Assembly (NCBI RefSeq): GCF_009914755.1
Contig: NC_060926.1
Reading direction: 5' to 3' (one strand)
Length of the DNA stretch: 64,000 nt
From: the human T2T-CHM13v2.0 reference genome, Homo sapiens
The notes below the pieces were generated by a model, which saw only the letters and a list, made by a program, of their open reading frames with translations, had not been told where the DNA came from and did not search any database. A program made the position numbers and the translations under genes. Each line of letters begins with the position of its first letter. Position 1 is the first letter of the stretch. Below are positions 40,892 through 54,725 of the stretch, piece after piece.

Positions 40892-42304
40892 TTTCTGGTA
40901 TTATCTTATTTTTCATCATTTCTCCATCAATTCAACAAATATTGAATGTCAACTATGTACTACTTTGGGAAACAGCAGAGGAAAAAACACAAACACCCCT
41001 GCCTTCATGGAGCTTAATTCTAAGATCTTTTCTTTTAGCCTCTTGGGCTTTCTTTAGTCCTTTGCTCCTTTGCTTCAATTCCCACTATTTGGTTTTGACA
41101 ACAGTAGCAGATAATTCTTTGCATGCTGTGGCCCATCAGGATTATAGTTTTGGCATTACTTGTTTTAGGCTGTATTGACTATACATGTCTCATCCTTAAA
41201 ATATAGCCCAAACATATGTTCATTACTCTTTAAATGTGATATGGTTTCTCTCTTTACAGCCTTTGCAGTGGAGGGGTTTTGTTAATGAAATGTGTAATGG
41301 GAACATTTTTTTGAATGAAGAAAATTGGGATTATTTCAATTTACCGTATATGCCAGAACATCTATCTATTTTGACCATCAGTTAATGAATTGATGGGTCG
41401 ATTAATGTTTTACAGAGGCTAGTTTTTTCCTGGTATATTGTCTTTTACTTTTTTCATGTTCAAACATGTAATCTGTGGCCCACTGATGTTTCTCTTTGCT
41501 GTTGTAATAAATGCTAATGATAGTATTTGGAGTCCAGTGGTCATAGTGTGGACTTGTATGTTTAAATACGACTGATGGGCATCATGTAAAGCTCATGGCT
41601 AGGTTTTTAATTCTCCTCAAGGATGATTAAAAGAGTGTATATTTCACTTTTTGCACTAAATTGGTAGCAACCTATCCTGTGCTAGGTGGAGCAGAAGTAA
41701 GGACATCCTAAAATATTAATTGTTTCTGTAGGTAGTGGTGGTTTTATGAAGTATTGAGAAGATGGGTATAGTGATCAAGATTAAGTGGAATTTCTCTGCC
41801 ATATAGAGAGAAATTCTCAGAAATGTTAATGGTATGTTCATCCCTGCAATCACAGTGAGATTAACAGGAAATGGAGAAATCTTTACTAATTAACTAGGTT
41901 CAAAAAATAGGGGAACACACCAGCCCTTTCTTGTTTTAAAGGGCAATTTTTTGAAGCACTACTGATGACTGCCCCATCATTCCACCCTAAAAAGGCAATT
42001 AGTTGTTCCTATCATATATATGCATTCCAGGATGGAGAGCTATGTAGGAATGTAATTTGAAGCAAAAATCAGTTGAGAAGTCATGAATTGCAATTGTAAA
42101 TGAAAGTTATGGATTGCAGCTAAAAACAAGTTTTGTCCATATGTATGAATATGAAACAAATTTTGGAATATGCCTCTGTTTTCTAAACAGCAATTCCAAA
42201 TAATTTCTTTGATTTCTTAAAATTCATAGTAGGATGAGTTCCTTCATTGATTATGGGGCTGAACTGAATAAAACTAATAATGTAAAATAATTAAAAATGA
42301 TAAA

Positions 42305-42520
42305 ACAGTAGCATTTGTGGAATGCTTTTCATTTGTCAAGCATATGCAAAATATCAGTTATTTTATTTAACTTTTATTTTAACTCTATGAGATGAAGACA
42401 TTTTAATATCTCTTAATAGCTGAGGAAACTGAGGCATGGAGAGATTGAAAAAAACATTCCCAAACTCCCGTAGTCAGTATTTGGACTGGGGCTCCGTAGC
42501 CCATATTTGTAACCATCTTT
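42305..42520 (-). mobile_element. MIR
   Basis: agctgaggaaactgaggcatggagagattgaa. Confidence 0.7.
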
Positions 42521-43229
42521 TTTACAATGCCTCTTGGACTTTGGCAAGAGAAAAGGAAATTCTATATTCTTCTTTTTTTTTTTAATCTCATATCGTTTAT
42601 TCAAAGGTCAAATTCACATCTCTTGCAGATGGACATTTTGTGGTTCTTTCTGGAGGATGGTTCATGATTCTTTTCAAAGACATCTTTGACTTAAGGTGCT
42701 CATATATCCAACTTCCAAAGTTGCCCCATCTGAGGAGCTTAAAATTATCTGATGCTTACTTGCAACCTTTTTAGTAAATGCCCATCTGGCTTAGGGTAGC
42801 TTTGGTATTTCATATTTAGTAAAAGTGTCTGCTACCTGTCTTTAGAAAATATCTTGGTTTTATGTCTCCCAGACTGCTTTTTGCTAAAGGCAAAGTGTGG
42901 AATGGAGAGTGGTGGAATTTCACTGTGCTATAGGAATTAGGTGCAACTACTACATTAAAAGCAATAGCAGCTGCTATAAATCTGAACTCTGTTTGGGGGA
43001 AGAAAAAGAATAAAAGTAAAACATGTGACAGGATAGGCTGCAAATTGCCAAGGGGAAGACACTTTCCTTAAAGAAATAATTAAGACTTTCTACAAAGAAA
43101 TCATTTTTTATTTTGGATTGCACTGAAAATGTGAAGGTATAATTCAGATTTCTAAATAATGAATCATTCAATTTCTCCAAAGACATTTCATCTTCTTCAG
43201 GGCACTTCTTTTTTCCCAATATTAAAAAA

Positions 43230-43700
43230 AATTCTTAATAAAGTAATTCATGTTTATCGTAGAAAATCTAGAAATACATGAATAACCCAAATAGCATAAT
43301 ACAGAAATAACTACTGTTAACATTTTAGTATATGTCCTTCCAATATTTATTTTACACATATACAATTTTTAATATAATCTGTTCTCTTCAATTATCAATA
43401 TATCACAGAATCTTTCCATCTCATCAAATATTATTTGACAACATTGTTTTTAATGATTGTTTAATATTCTGTGTATGAGTATTTCATATGTTACACAGAT
43501 CATTATACTGGAAATTGAGGTCGTTTCCAGTTTTACACTGTCATAAGCAATGCTGCCATGAACATTACGTAGCTGATTCTTAGTATGCATTCATGATTAT
43601 TTTTCTTAGGATAAATTCCTATAATTGGACATGTTGATACCAAGGGTTTGTAAAATATACTGATGAATTGCTCCTCGAGAAAGATACCAGTTTACATTCA
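43230..43700 (-). mobile_element. L1ME-class fragment
   Basis: aataactactgttaacattttagtatatgtccttcca...caatgctgccatgaacatt...cttaggataaattccta. Confidence 0.7.
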
Positions 43701-44009
43701 CAAAAATATAATGTTTTACATGTAAATGTTAAAAAATTGGCATTTCTGATCATTCTTTAGAGTAGCTTTGGCGAACTGTTATTTCTATACCAGTAAAGCT
43801 GGGCCCTTTATCTGTGCATCTGGTGGACAGTAGATGAGCTGAGACAGCTTATAAGTCATCTTTCCATTCATTTCCATCTCTACCTCAGGCTTTATATTTT
43901 GCTTTCCTGTACTTTGGTAAGGTTGGGACAAAAGAGAGAGAAATGGTAGGGGAGCAGGATGGAGAAAGAAGTAAACACACTCTCCTAAACTGGACTCTTG
44001 TGGAAATAG

Positions 44010-44462
<453 letters not shown>

Positions 44463-44471
44463 TAGCAAGGT

Positions 44472-44476
<5 letters not shown>

Positions 44477-44510
<34 letters not shown>

Positions 44511-44792
44511 GAGACAGAGTTTTGCTCTTGTTGCTCAGGCTGGAGTGCAATGGCGCAGTCTTGGCTCTCCGCAACCTCTGCCTCCTGGGTTCAAACTATT
44601 CTCCTGCCTCAGCCTCCCAAGTAGCTGAGATTATAGGCATGCACCACCACACCCAGCTAATTTTGTATTTTTAGTAGAGACAGGGTTTCTCCATGTTGGT
44701 CAGGCTGGTCTCAAACTCACGACCTCAGGTGATCTGCCCACCTTAGCCTCCCAAAGTGCTGGGATTACAGGCGTGAGCCACTGCACCCGGCC
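44477..44792 (-). mobile_element. AluSp-like SINE with (TTTA)n tail
   Basis: gctcttgttg, gtttctccatgttggtcagg. TSD agcaag(g/c)tttatt at 44464-44476 and 44793-44805. Confidence 0.96.
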
Positions 44793-46049
44793 AGCAAGCT
44801 TTATTAGTGTATATTTTCAGTGTGCCTTTATTTTGACTTGCTGACTGTAATAAGCCCCGGTTTATTCTCAGTATGATATCTTCATTGGTATATTTTAGTG
44901 GTGGAAGAACTGTATCAAAACATCAAACCCACCACCCCCACTCCTAGGAGAGAAGATGACTTTGGACCTGCGAAATATACTCTGATCATGGATTTGTTAA
45001 TATCATTAGGATGTCTTTACAGACTATAACCAAGCCAACCAACAATCTCATTCATATGAAGTTAGAATAATCTTAACAGGCCTGTATTTTGGAGAATTGT
45101 AGCCTGAAGTTGGCCAAAGTAACATGCGGATACCCAAAAGAAGCATCTTCCCAAACAAGAAAATTCAAAGTTCTTGTTCACTTATATTTCAAAGAAGTGG
45201 ATATAATGATGAAAAGAAAGCAGGTTAACCTTTTCTGACCATACAAAGTTTCTCTGGCTCTTCGAAATAATAGTAAATACTTCTCAACTCTGTCTAGAGA
45301 TAGAACTTCTAATTAAGTCAAATCCAAGAAAGAGAATTGTGCAATGCAGTGGTTCCCAAATTCTGATAACATTGAAGTGCTAGGAATTTGGCCGAGCTGC
45401 AGCAGAAGGTTCTGGGGATGGAGGTACTCCTCCTTCAGCCAGAGCAGCCATGCTTTTTTCTGAGCTCTACCTTGAACCTCTTTCTAAGTGCTCACTCAAA
45501 GGGAGACTTCCTCAGCAATAATAATAGTGACAACAACAACAATAGAGAAATACCAGTATAACTGTAAAAATGTGATCTGATAATGATTACAATATGGCCA
45601 GAATGTTCACCCAGTCTTAGACACTAGCACTGAAAGATGTTCTGATACTCTTGCAGACTGTTTTTTGGAAGTAAGATTAGAAATGCCCTCCTGCCTAGCA
45701 CAAAATAGGTACCCAATAAATGTTTGTGAAATTAATGAATAAGCTATTGGATGAGAAAGGGAAGAGTGTTGGACCAGCGGTTTAAAGACCTAGAGATCCA
45801 AATCCTGATTTCTTGAGGGACCTTGGGTTTTTCTCTGAGCCTCAGTTTCTGAAACTTTCTGAGGAGTGTAAAATTAGTTTTAAGATGCCATCCAATTCTA
45901 CCTGGAATTATGACTAGAAAAATGTAGGCTGTGTTAGAAAGGAATTAGAAAGAGAAAGAGCAAGTTACAAATTCTGAAGGTCAGGCAGGTAAATAAAGAT
46001 CAAGCTACCAACAGCAACTACAATACCCAGCACAGCCTGCCCTGAAACC

Positions 46050-46205
46050 TGTATATCACTTTGCTGTTCACAAAGCATTTGACACATTCTTAGAATACCT
46101 TCAGGCCCATTTTATAAGTGACAAAACTGAGGTTCAGCAAGGCAAGTCATTTTCTTAATGTCACCCAGTGGCAGAACTGACACTGGGAATTGAGTCTTCA
46201 GATAA
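46050..46205 (-). mobile_element. MIR
   Basis: cccattttataagtgacaaaactgaggttcag...gtcacccagtggcagaac. Confidence 0.7.
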
Positions 46206-48450
46206 CATCACCCCATGGACTCAAATATATAGAAAGCTTTATAACCTGGTCACCCAGGTGGCAGGGACACATAAAGTGGCAAAAGGATTCTACTGAGTTG
46301 GGGTGGCCTAGTTCTCCTCTCCCAAGAAGGAGGCCCATAACCTAAGTCTCTTAATTTCCGATCCAGAGTTTTATGCATGAAACTTTATGGCCTCTTGAAA
46401 GGTGAATGAGTAGGTTTGATTCATTGGAAGTCAGAAACAGCTTTTTAAACATTTGGAAATCAAGATAGGTAGTTAGTCTGCCTTGTAAAATTTTCTTATG
46501 GATATCACTACCAGAAAAATTTATCTTAGCTTAGTATATTGCAAAGCTTATTCAGTCCCATCACACGTTCAGATTCAGTCATTGTTAGTTGAGAGTTTTA
46601 GCATTAATCCTAGCCATATCTTCATTCATGTGTTCTTGGAAAGTAACAATTTGTTTTGCTATCACCAAATTCCACCCATGTAAAATGGGTCACTAGGATG
46701 TCAAATTTTATAAGGTTATTTATACCACCACTCTCTTTTTGGACTGCAGTTTTGCAGGTTATTTTTCTTCTGTGTATTAATAAGAGGAGTTCAGAGTACT
46801 GAATTTTGTTTATTGAAGAAATTGGCACTGTGAATCCTGAGTAAACAAAAAATACAAAATGTGAAATATTGAAATAGTTTATCTAGCCATGAAAGGGTAC
46901 ATTCTAGTTTTATAATATGAATCAAGAAAATCTTATAATGAAAAATGTTCTTCATTTCCTAGTTTATTTGTAAGATGATGTAATCTATACACATAACTTT
47001 AAAAAATCAACCAATTATACTTTAATAATCTTATATGAGTGTATATATGTACATGTATTATATATAAATATTAAATATACACACATTCCACCTTAATAAT
47101 CAACTATTAATGCCTTTTCTTTAAAAAACAGTCTTATCCGATACCTGTCGTTTTTAGGTATATGGACAAGATAACTTTATACATATTAAAATTAGTTAAC
47201 AAATAGCAGCTACATGTTCACTAACATACTAATAACTGTAAGTTCTTTCTTGTCCTAATTATTTCTAATAATCTCTGTGGAGACTTATATCTCAAAAAGC
47301 ACATATGTGTTGATGATAGAAAGCAGGTTGAAAAGTACTGATTTATTGCCACTCTTCATTAAGGTTAAAAGCATTCCAGTGAGATGAAGACATCTGCCTT
47401 GTATTTTCACATTGCAGAAGAAAAGTTAAGGGCAGGAAGAACAAAAAGAAAGAAAATAATGTTTCAAGTTGAATTCAAAGCCAGGTTTAAAGAAAATAGT
47501 TCTTGTTTCATATCTGTAAAACTTTTTGGGAAAGAATCCCCCATGCCCATGACTGTCACTTACTATTATGCTATTCAATATACTTAATACTATATATTGA
47601 CAATGGAAATCATGCTCTGTGTCCCTAAATTATTTTTCAAAATTTTACACAAAGTTAATGAACACACATATCTCTTAATAGTTCCTTTCTTTTAAAAAAT
47701 TAACAAAGAAAGCTACTACCAGAGAGAATTAAGAGGGTTAATTATACAATGTACAGGAAAAAGATTTTTGAAATGGGCCATTTCTCACCTCTTCTTTGAA
47801 AGGTGGGACTGGCTATAGGGTTTAGTGAATAGTTACTTGCTGTTTTGGAAATCAAAGGAAAAGGCCACTGGAGAGAGGGTGAATTTAGCTGTTGCAGGAT
47901 TTTTATCTCTCTAAATGAGTGCTACTGACAGGAACCATATATGATACTTACTCCAGCTGTGGAAGAGAACATGGGTGGTTTTCCAAGGAGCTGTCACCTG
48001 CCTATGTATGCTTGTCTATCTGTGAGCTCATAGACAAATCAGATATATTTATGATTTCTGGTGTATAATAAACACTTAGAGCTACATGTAAGCTTGGGGA
48101 CTGTGTGTTTCTCTCATTTAAAAAGGATTATATGTGAATATCCAGGTTGCCTTTGCCTTAGAATTACAATCAGTCTTTGTACTTAGTGGTGTTTGTCACT
48201 ACACAAAAACATTTGTGAATGCATGAGGCCCCCTTTGAAATGACAGAAGAAAGATAAAGTAGTTCCTGATTAAGCCTGTATTTATTAGCCCACTCAAAAA
48301 TAAGGAACAATTCAAGCAGAGCTGATCACTCAAACCAATAAGTTAAGTATTTCACTTAGGTAACCAAATGCATTTACTTCATACTGCAGTGTCAGGTTTC
48401 TTGAACAGCAGATATTTTCCCAGAAAAAGCAGACGCAAGTGACATTTTAA

Positions 48451-50692
48451 TTTGCATTTCTGTGGTATATCTTTTTCCCAACCTTTTGCTTTTAACCTAC
48501 CTATATCATTATACGTGAAGTGAATTTCTTGTAGAAAGCATACAGTCAGGGTTGAGGGAACATTGATTTTTTTTAAAATCCATTTTGATAATCTCTGTTT
48601 TTGATTGATGTCTATAAACCATTTATATTTAATACAATTATTGATATGTTTATACTTGTCTGTATTTTTATTTTTAATTGTGTGTGTTCCTTTTGTTTTT
48701 CATTAATCTGTTTTCCCCTTTCCTGGCCTCTTTTGGATTATCAAAACTTTTTAAATTATTTCATTTTAATTTATTGTGCTGTTGACTATATCTCTTTGTG
48801 TAGGTTTTTAGTGGTTACTCTAGGGACTGTATTATATATCCATAACTTCTCATAATCTACTTAAAATCAATACTTTACCATATTAGGTGGAATGTAGGAA
48901 CCATACCACCATATTGATCCTTTTATACTCCTTTCCCATGATGTTATGCTTGTCATATATTACAGCTATGCACATTGAGAACTCTATCAAGACAATGTTA
49001 GAAATGTTTCCTTCTCAACCATTAAACATCTTTTAAAAAGAGAATAATCTATCTATACCCTCATGTTTGCCATTTCTGTTGCATTCCCATTATTTCTGAT
49101 ATTCCAAGTTTCCTTCTGCTATCATTTCCTTTTTTTCTGAAAAACTTCCTTTAGTAATAAATCAGCTTAGTTTTCCTTCATCTAAGAATGTTTATTTCAC
49201 CGTCACTCTTGAAGAATATTTTCTCTAGATACAGAATTATGTGATAGTTCTTTTTTTTTTTTTTTTTTTTTTGAGCACTTGAAAACTATTGAGCCACTTC
49301 CAATTATTCTCTATGGTTTCTGATAAGAAATCTGCAGTCGTTGTTCGAATCCTTGTTCTCCTGTAGATAATATGCTATTCTTCTCTGGCTGCTTTCAGGA
49401 TTTTTTTTTTCCTGTAGTTTTCAGCAGTTTGCTTATGATGTGGCTAGGCATGAATTTCTTGGAGTTTATTCTATAGAGGGTTCTTTGAGCTTCTTGATGC
49501 TTTAGGTATGTGTTTTTCACCAAACTTGAAAAAATTTCAGTCAGTATATTTTTCAATTATTTTTAGCACCATAGTTTTTTCTACTCTTCTTCTTGAGCTC
49601 TAATGACATGAATGTTAGGTCTCTTTTTAGTATCCCACTGATACCTGAATCTCTTAATTTTTAAAATCTTATTCTGTCTGTTGTTTAGTTTGCATAATTC
49701 TGTTAATCAATCTTCACATTAATAAACTCTTTTCTTTGTAATCTCCATTCTAGTAAATCCATCCAGTGAGTTTCTTATTTAACTTATAGCATTTTTGGTG
49801 CTAAAATTTCTATTTGGATTTTCTTTATATTTTTTGTTTTACTGCTGAGACTTTCTATTTTTCTATTTGTTTTAAGAGAGCTTATAATTGTTTGTTGGAG
49901 CATTTTTATAATGGCAACTTTAAATTCTTGTGTTGTCTTGGCATTTGGTGTCTGTTGATTGTCTTTTCCTATGTGAGTTGCATTTTCCTGGTTCTTCATG
50001 TGCCAAGTAATTTTAGATTATATGCTGAAAATTTTGAATATTGTATTACGAGACTCTGGGTCTCGCTTAAAGCCTGTGGAGAATATTGATATTTTGTCAG
50101 CAGGCAAGTGACCTGATAATGTTCATGGCACAAGTTTAAACTTGCCTTCTATGGGCTGTGGTCCCAGTGTCAGTGAACTTTTTAATGCCCAGTGCTATTC
50201 AGATTTGTCCCTTGGGTATGCCCCCCAGTGACAACTCTGAGAACTGAGTGGGAATCTCTCTATTCACCTTCTGAAGTCTTGTATGTGCTGATTAGAATGA
50301 GATCCATGCATGTGCAGTTCTTGGAATCTAGGAGTTAATAAATAATCTTACAGGGCTGCTTTCATAAACTCACCCTCTCTGCAATCTCCCAGTACTTTCT
50401 GATTTCTGAGGACTCCCCTTTTAATGCTTCCGGTGAGAAAGCTGGGGCTCTGCCATGCACTTCTGGCAGCTATGCCTGCCTCCAGGGCCATGTGGTGGGA
50501 AAGAAAGTAAGGGTAAGCTCATACTAGCTCAGTGCTACTTTGAAATTCAGTCCTCTTCCCAAATTTGCTATTTATTATTATTTTTTCAAAGCTCTCAAAT
50601 GAACTCTGCACATGTTCTCTCGATGCTTTATAGCTGCATTCAGTAGGGTGGAGTGTGTTTTCTCCATCTTACCCAAGAACCCGAATCTTGGG
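48451..50692 (-). mobile_element. Old L1M (L1MC/L1MD-class) 5' portion: 5' UTR, decayed ORF1, start of ORF2
   Basis: ORF 49784-49999 (FKVAIIKMLQQ...KIESLS...IQIEIL) is L1M ORF1p-like. Minus strand near 48470-48545 translates to VCFLQEIHFTYNDIGRLKAKGWEK (L1 endonuclease motif). The element 5' end is at ~50690 (ggtaagatggag on minus). Confidence 0.88.
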
Positions 50693-51127
50693 AGTGACAT
50701 TTTAAAATGATATATTTTGTTATATTAAACTTGTCAGTTAAATTTCCAGGTGTAGTGTTCTCAATAATTGAGGACATTCAATTTTCAGATAGTTAAGTCC
50801 TAAATCCCTTAATGTTATAAGGAATGTCATGCTTAAGTAATGAACCAGGAAATAGCTGTTGCAAAATCAATATAGGGTCATATAACAAGATAGGCATGAC
50901 AGTATAGATTTATTCATATACCTGCGTAGGATACATATGCAACTCTACAATTTGCTCATTCTGATTCTTGTGGCATGTCCGCATGGTGGTTCCATAATGT
51001 ATCATCATATGATACCATAATGTGGAATGTTTCTTCTGTTATGTGAATGTGAGAGTGCACACACACACATTCTCACACACAGCTATGTTTTTAAAAATGA
51101 TCTGTTTGGAACTAGATTGCTCTAAAA

Positions 51128-51275
51128 CAGTAGTTCTCAAACTTCAGTATTTCTGACCTTTAGAGGTTTTGATTCATTACTTCTGAGATCGGGCCTAAGA
51201 ATGTGCATTTCTAAAAGACAATACCAGATGATGCCAATGCTGCTGGATTCAGAACTACTCTTTCAGAATGGCTAC
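51128..51275. mobile_element. MER5A-like hAT element, internally deleted
   Basis: cagtagttctcaaact...gggcctaagaatgtgcatttctaa...gatgccaatgctgctgg. Confidence 0.75.
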
Positions 51276-51674
51276 CACAAAGAAATGAACAAATACCCCA
51301 GAATTTTATGTGAGCCACCAAAAGGCAGAAATTGAAATGTGTGACTTTCTATTCATTTTTGGAGATTTACCAAGCAGAAATCTCTTTTGGCTTTGTGTTG
51401 ATTTCTTATTATAATACTTTACATTTTAAGTTTTGATGAACACAAGTACTTGCAGTAAGTTCAATGGCTATTACGTATATAAGTATATACACACTAAACC
51501 CATATGCAGTATATCATACTAATAATACAAGTTGAAATAAGAATAATTCATCCAATTAAATAATTTGGTTTCTTCAGTGTCAAAACTTTTCAGAATTATC
51601 TAAAGTAAGTAAAGAATGGTTTTTAGATTTTTTTAAATGTCAGAAAGGAGGAAGAAGAAGAGGAGGAGGAGGAG

Positions 51675-51752
51675 CCATAGAATGTATATGTGGCCCACAA
51701 AGCACAGAATATCTATGATTCAACCATTTATGGAGAAAGTTTACTGGCGCAG
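51675..51752. mobile_element. MER58-like fragment
   Basis: gtggcccacaaagcacagaatatctat...tttatggagaaagttt. Confidence 0.55.
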
Positions 51753-51794
51753 ATGTAGAACATGGTCTGGTTAATCAAAGCAATGCATCAAGAG

Positions 51795-52048
51795 ATGGTA
51801 GGGTAGCAATTAAAACTATGGTTTTTGTTGTCAGATTGCCCTTGTTCAAATCCTGAGTTCACTAACCACTTATGTAACCTTGGACAAATTAACACAATGT
51901 TTCTGTGCATCTGTATCCTCATCTACAAAATGTAGATGATAAAAGTCCCCAACTCATAGGGCTATTATGTGATTTAATTAGTTAATACATGTAAAGTGCT
52001 TAGAATAGCACCTGGCATATAGTCAGCATCAAATAGACATTAGCTACA
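51795..52048 (+). mobile_element. Near full-length MIR
   Basis: gttcaaatcctg...tgtaaccttggacaaatt...ctcatctacaaaatg...tgtaaagtgcttagaatagcacctggcatatagt. Confidence 0.88.
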
Positions 52049-52059
52049 ATTGTCTACTT

Positions 52060-52335
52060 GATAGAATACTGTGGAAACATTAAAAGTGATTTTGTACCAA
52101 GCATTCATAAAATATATGTAAATGTTTCTATGTAATATTAACAAGAAAGAAAGCAAAGCACAAAATGGCTCACAATACTTTGTAGAATAAGTAAAACATG
52201 AAAGCTATGCACTGGAATCAAAATACAGGAAGGAAATACTCCAACTTATCAGCAGTGGTAGTGCTAGTTTGATGTGGCTATGGATGATTTTCCCCCTTCT
52301 GCCTTTCTGCATTTCCCAAATTTTCCAAAATACAC
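52060..52335 (+). mobile_element. L1ME-class fragment
   Basis: atagaatactgtggaaacattaaaa...ttctgcatttcccaaattttcc. Confidence 0.45.
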
Positions 52336-54020
52336 TGTGGATTTCAGCTTACTGGCTGTACCTCAGGAGTAGTGTATGCCTCTGCCAAGGTGCTTATCTC
52401 TGAGATAGAATAACAAGATGAGCTAAGGTCGTAGTGCTCACCATATTTCTGCCAGTATTTATTTTGGTCCCTCTAAGTCGGGGCCTTCACATTCTTTGTG
52501 CACAGTTGTATTTAATTAGGACTTGAGCTAGTCATAAAATATGCATTAATTGTCTGTTGTTTCATGAGTGATGGCCAAAATAACAGCCCTTGATAGGAAC
52601 AGTTTGCGGGTGAGCACCACTTGGTCTGTTCATCTTCCAAGACTCCCTGCCCAAGTAAGAGATTCCTATTTGTTATCTCCTTTTATCCTGGAGAATTACT
52701 AATCCTGCACTACCATATTAAGTACCAATTAAGCAGAGATTTGTCATTCCTGCCTGAGAACATTGAGCTGGGCTGCGGCTGCATATTTCACAGACTTCTG
52801 ACAGAAATTATTTTAATTAGACTGCTGCTAGCAGCATTTAAAATAGTCTGTATGGTCAGAGAGGAAGAATGGCTCCTCAGTCAGATAATTTACTTATTTT
52901 TCTTTTTCACTCACCATAAATCTTAGGATTCTGGTTATTAAACCCTTGAAGGGGGAGGGGTAGTCAGGGAAAGGAATCAGCTAAACTTTATCTTACTTTA
53001 AATCCCAGAAAAGAAAAACCTCCCATGGGTTTGCTGAAAAAGACACTTTTAAAAGAAAAAGATGTTCAAGCAAAATCTGACACCAACAGGCTATTTTTAC
53101 ATGACGAATATCCAAAATGTCTAAACAATAAAGAGAATCCATGCATCTTTTATATATGAATAAGGTGGTTGGTCCTTTCCTTTTCACTTGTTATGCCCCC
53201 AAAACTGATGTCATTATTTGATAATTACTAGGTTAACCTGACACTGAAAAGCAAACTAAATAAATAACAACTAAATGGAACTCCACACTCAGTATACCTC
53301 AATTAATCAGAACACAAGTTTTGCAGTTTTACAGGGATATATTCAATTTTATGTATCCATTGACTAATATGAGAAACTGGATGAGTACAAGCTCTTTTTC
53401 TCTTTAAAAAAATTTTTTTAACAATCAATAAACATCTTTTATTATCTACATATAGATTAATGACAAACATATCTCTTTGTATGCATTTAATTATATTACA
53501 AAATAGAACCGAAAGGTGACCAGAAGTGAAAGAGTGGAATGAGACCAGAGAGATGGTGGCCACACTCACTGGCACACCTGAGATGGTCAATCCTTCCACA
53601 CTTAGGTTATGACTGTGTGTACTCCAGGAAGCAGTGAGAAGATGGGCACATGGCCAGGAGAAATGGCAATGGAACTGAAACCTGGACTCTACCTTAAAAC
53701 AGTTATTGGGTAGGAATTAACAGTAATTAGCATGGTAATTAACTCACAGTCTTTATCTGACTTTTTAACTCTTCAAAGCCAAATTCTTAAAAGTTTTAAT
53801 TTCTCACAAGTAATTTTGAATGCATTTCATTGTTTCTGATTAATAGTGCTTATCAGAATTTTAGTATCACACACATAGCAAATTTGCATTGGCTAATATA
53901 CAAGTTCCAAATAAGAGCTTGTAAGTTCAGTTGTCAGTAAAACCCAAGTGATGGAAGGGTATGAACTTGCGATCCAAGATAAAATTCTGCCATGCTTTAA
54001 AACCAGCTGTTCTCTTCTCC

Positions 54021-54069
54021 TTTAGAAGAAGATACCAGATATATGCCTTGTCTGGTATCTTCTTCTAAA
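54021..54069. repeat. Perfect 19-bp inverted repeat with 11-nt spacer
   Basis: tttagaagaagataccaga (54021-54039) is the exact reverse complement of tctggtatcttcttctaaa (54051-54069). Confidence 0.97.
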
Positions 54070-54364
54070 ACAAACCAATTCTATCTACATTGAAAATCTG
54101 TGGAGGGAAGTCACGTTTCTTAACGATCTACCCAAACATCTTGGGAAACAATTTAGCAGCCACAATATCTCATACTCTGTGCCAGTGTTTACTTTCACCA
54201 TATGTAGATTCATGTGACCCTTGAAACTGAAGAACCAACCGTAAGTGGTAAAAATACATTTTATCAGGTGCACTATCACCATGAAGTCAGCAACAAACCC
54301 TGAGATTTCTTCTGAATCATTATCAGATTAATAGGATGCAAATCTTGAGACTGATCCTCTAGTC

Positions 54365-54548
54365 CAGTGGTTCTCAAAGTGTGCCCTCAGAACAGCAGCA
54401 TCAGTATCACTTGGTAATTTGTTAGAAATGCAAATTCTTGGCCCTCACCCCAAGCCTGGTAAATCAGAAGCTCTGGAGGTTGAGCCCAGCAAGCTGTAGT
54501 TTGATAAAACCTTCAAGTGATTCTGATGCTAAAATTCGAGAACCATTG
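54365..54548. mobile_element. MER5A hAT element, full length
   Basis: Ends cagtggttctcaaagt ... aaattcgagaaccattg. 8-bp TSD-like pair ctctagtc / ctatagcc. Confidence 0.9.
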
Positions 54549-54556
54549 CTATAGCC

Positions 54557-54725
54557 CAAATTTGATTGTATATTGTAATCATATGGGGAGCTTTAGAAAT
54601 TGCTGATGCCTGTGTCCCAGTTCTAGAAGTTCTAATGTAACTGGTCTGGAATATGGCCCCAGAACCAGTATTTTTTAAAAGCTCCTTGGGTGATTCAAAT
54701 GTGCAGTGAGAGCTGAAAACCACTG
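54557..54725. mobile_element. MER5B-like hAT element lacking its first bases
   Basis: aatcatatggggagctttagaaattgctgatgcc...ggtgattcaaatgtgcag...gctgaaaaccactg. Confidence 0.8.

Noticed and set aside
49251-49272. T22 run as a separate retro-insertion
   Set aside because: It lies in a naturally T-rich part of the reverse L1 and has no TSD; slippage suffices.
49784-49999. L1 ORF1p-like ORF as a functional CDS
   Set aside because: Only 71 aa of a decayed ORF1, with stops and frameshifts around it.
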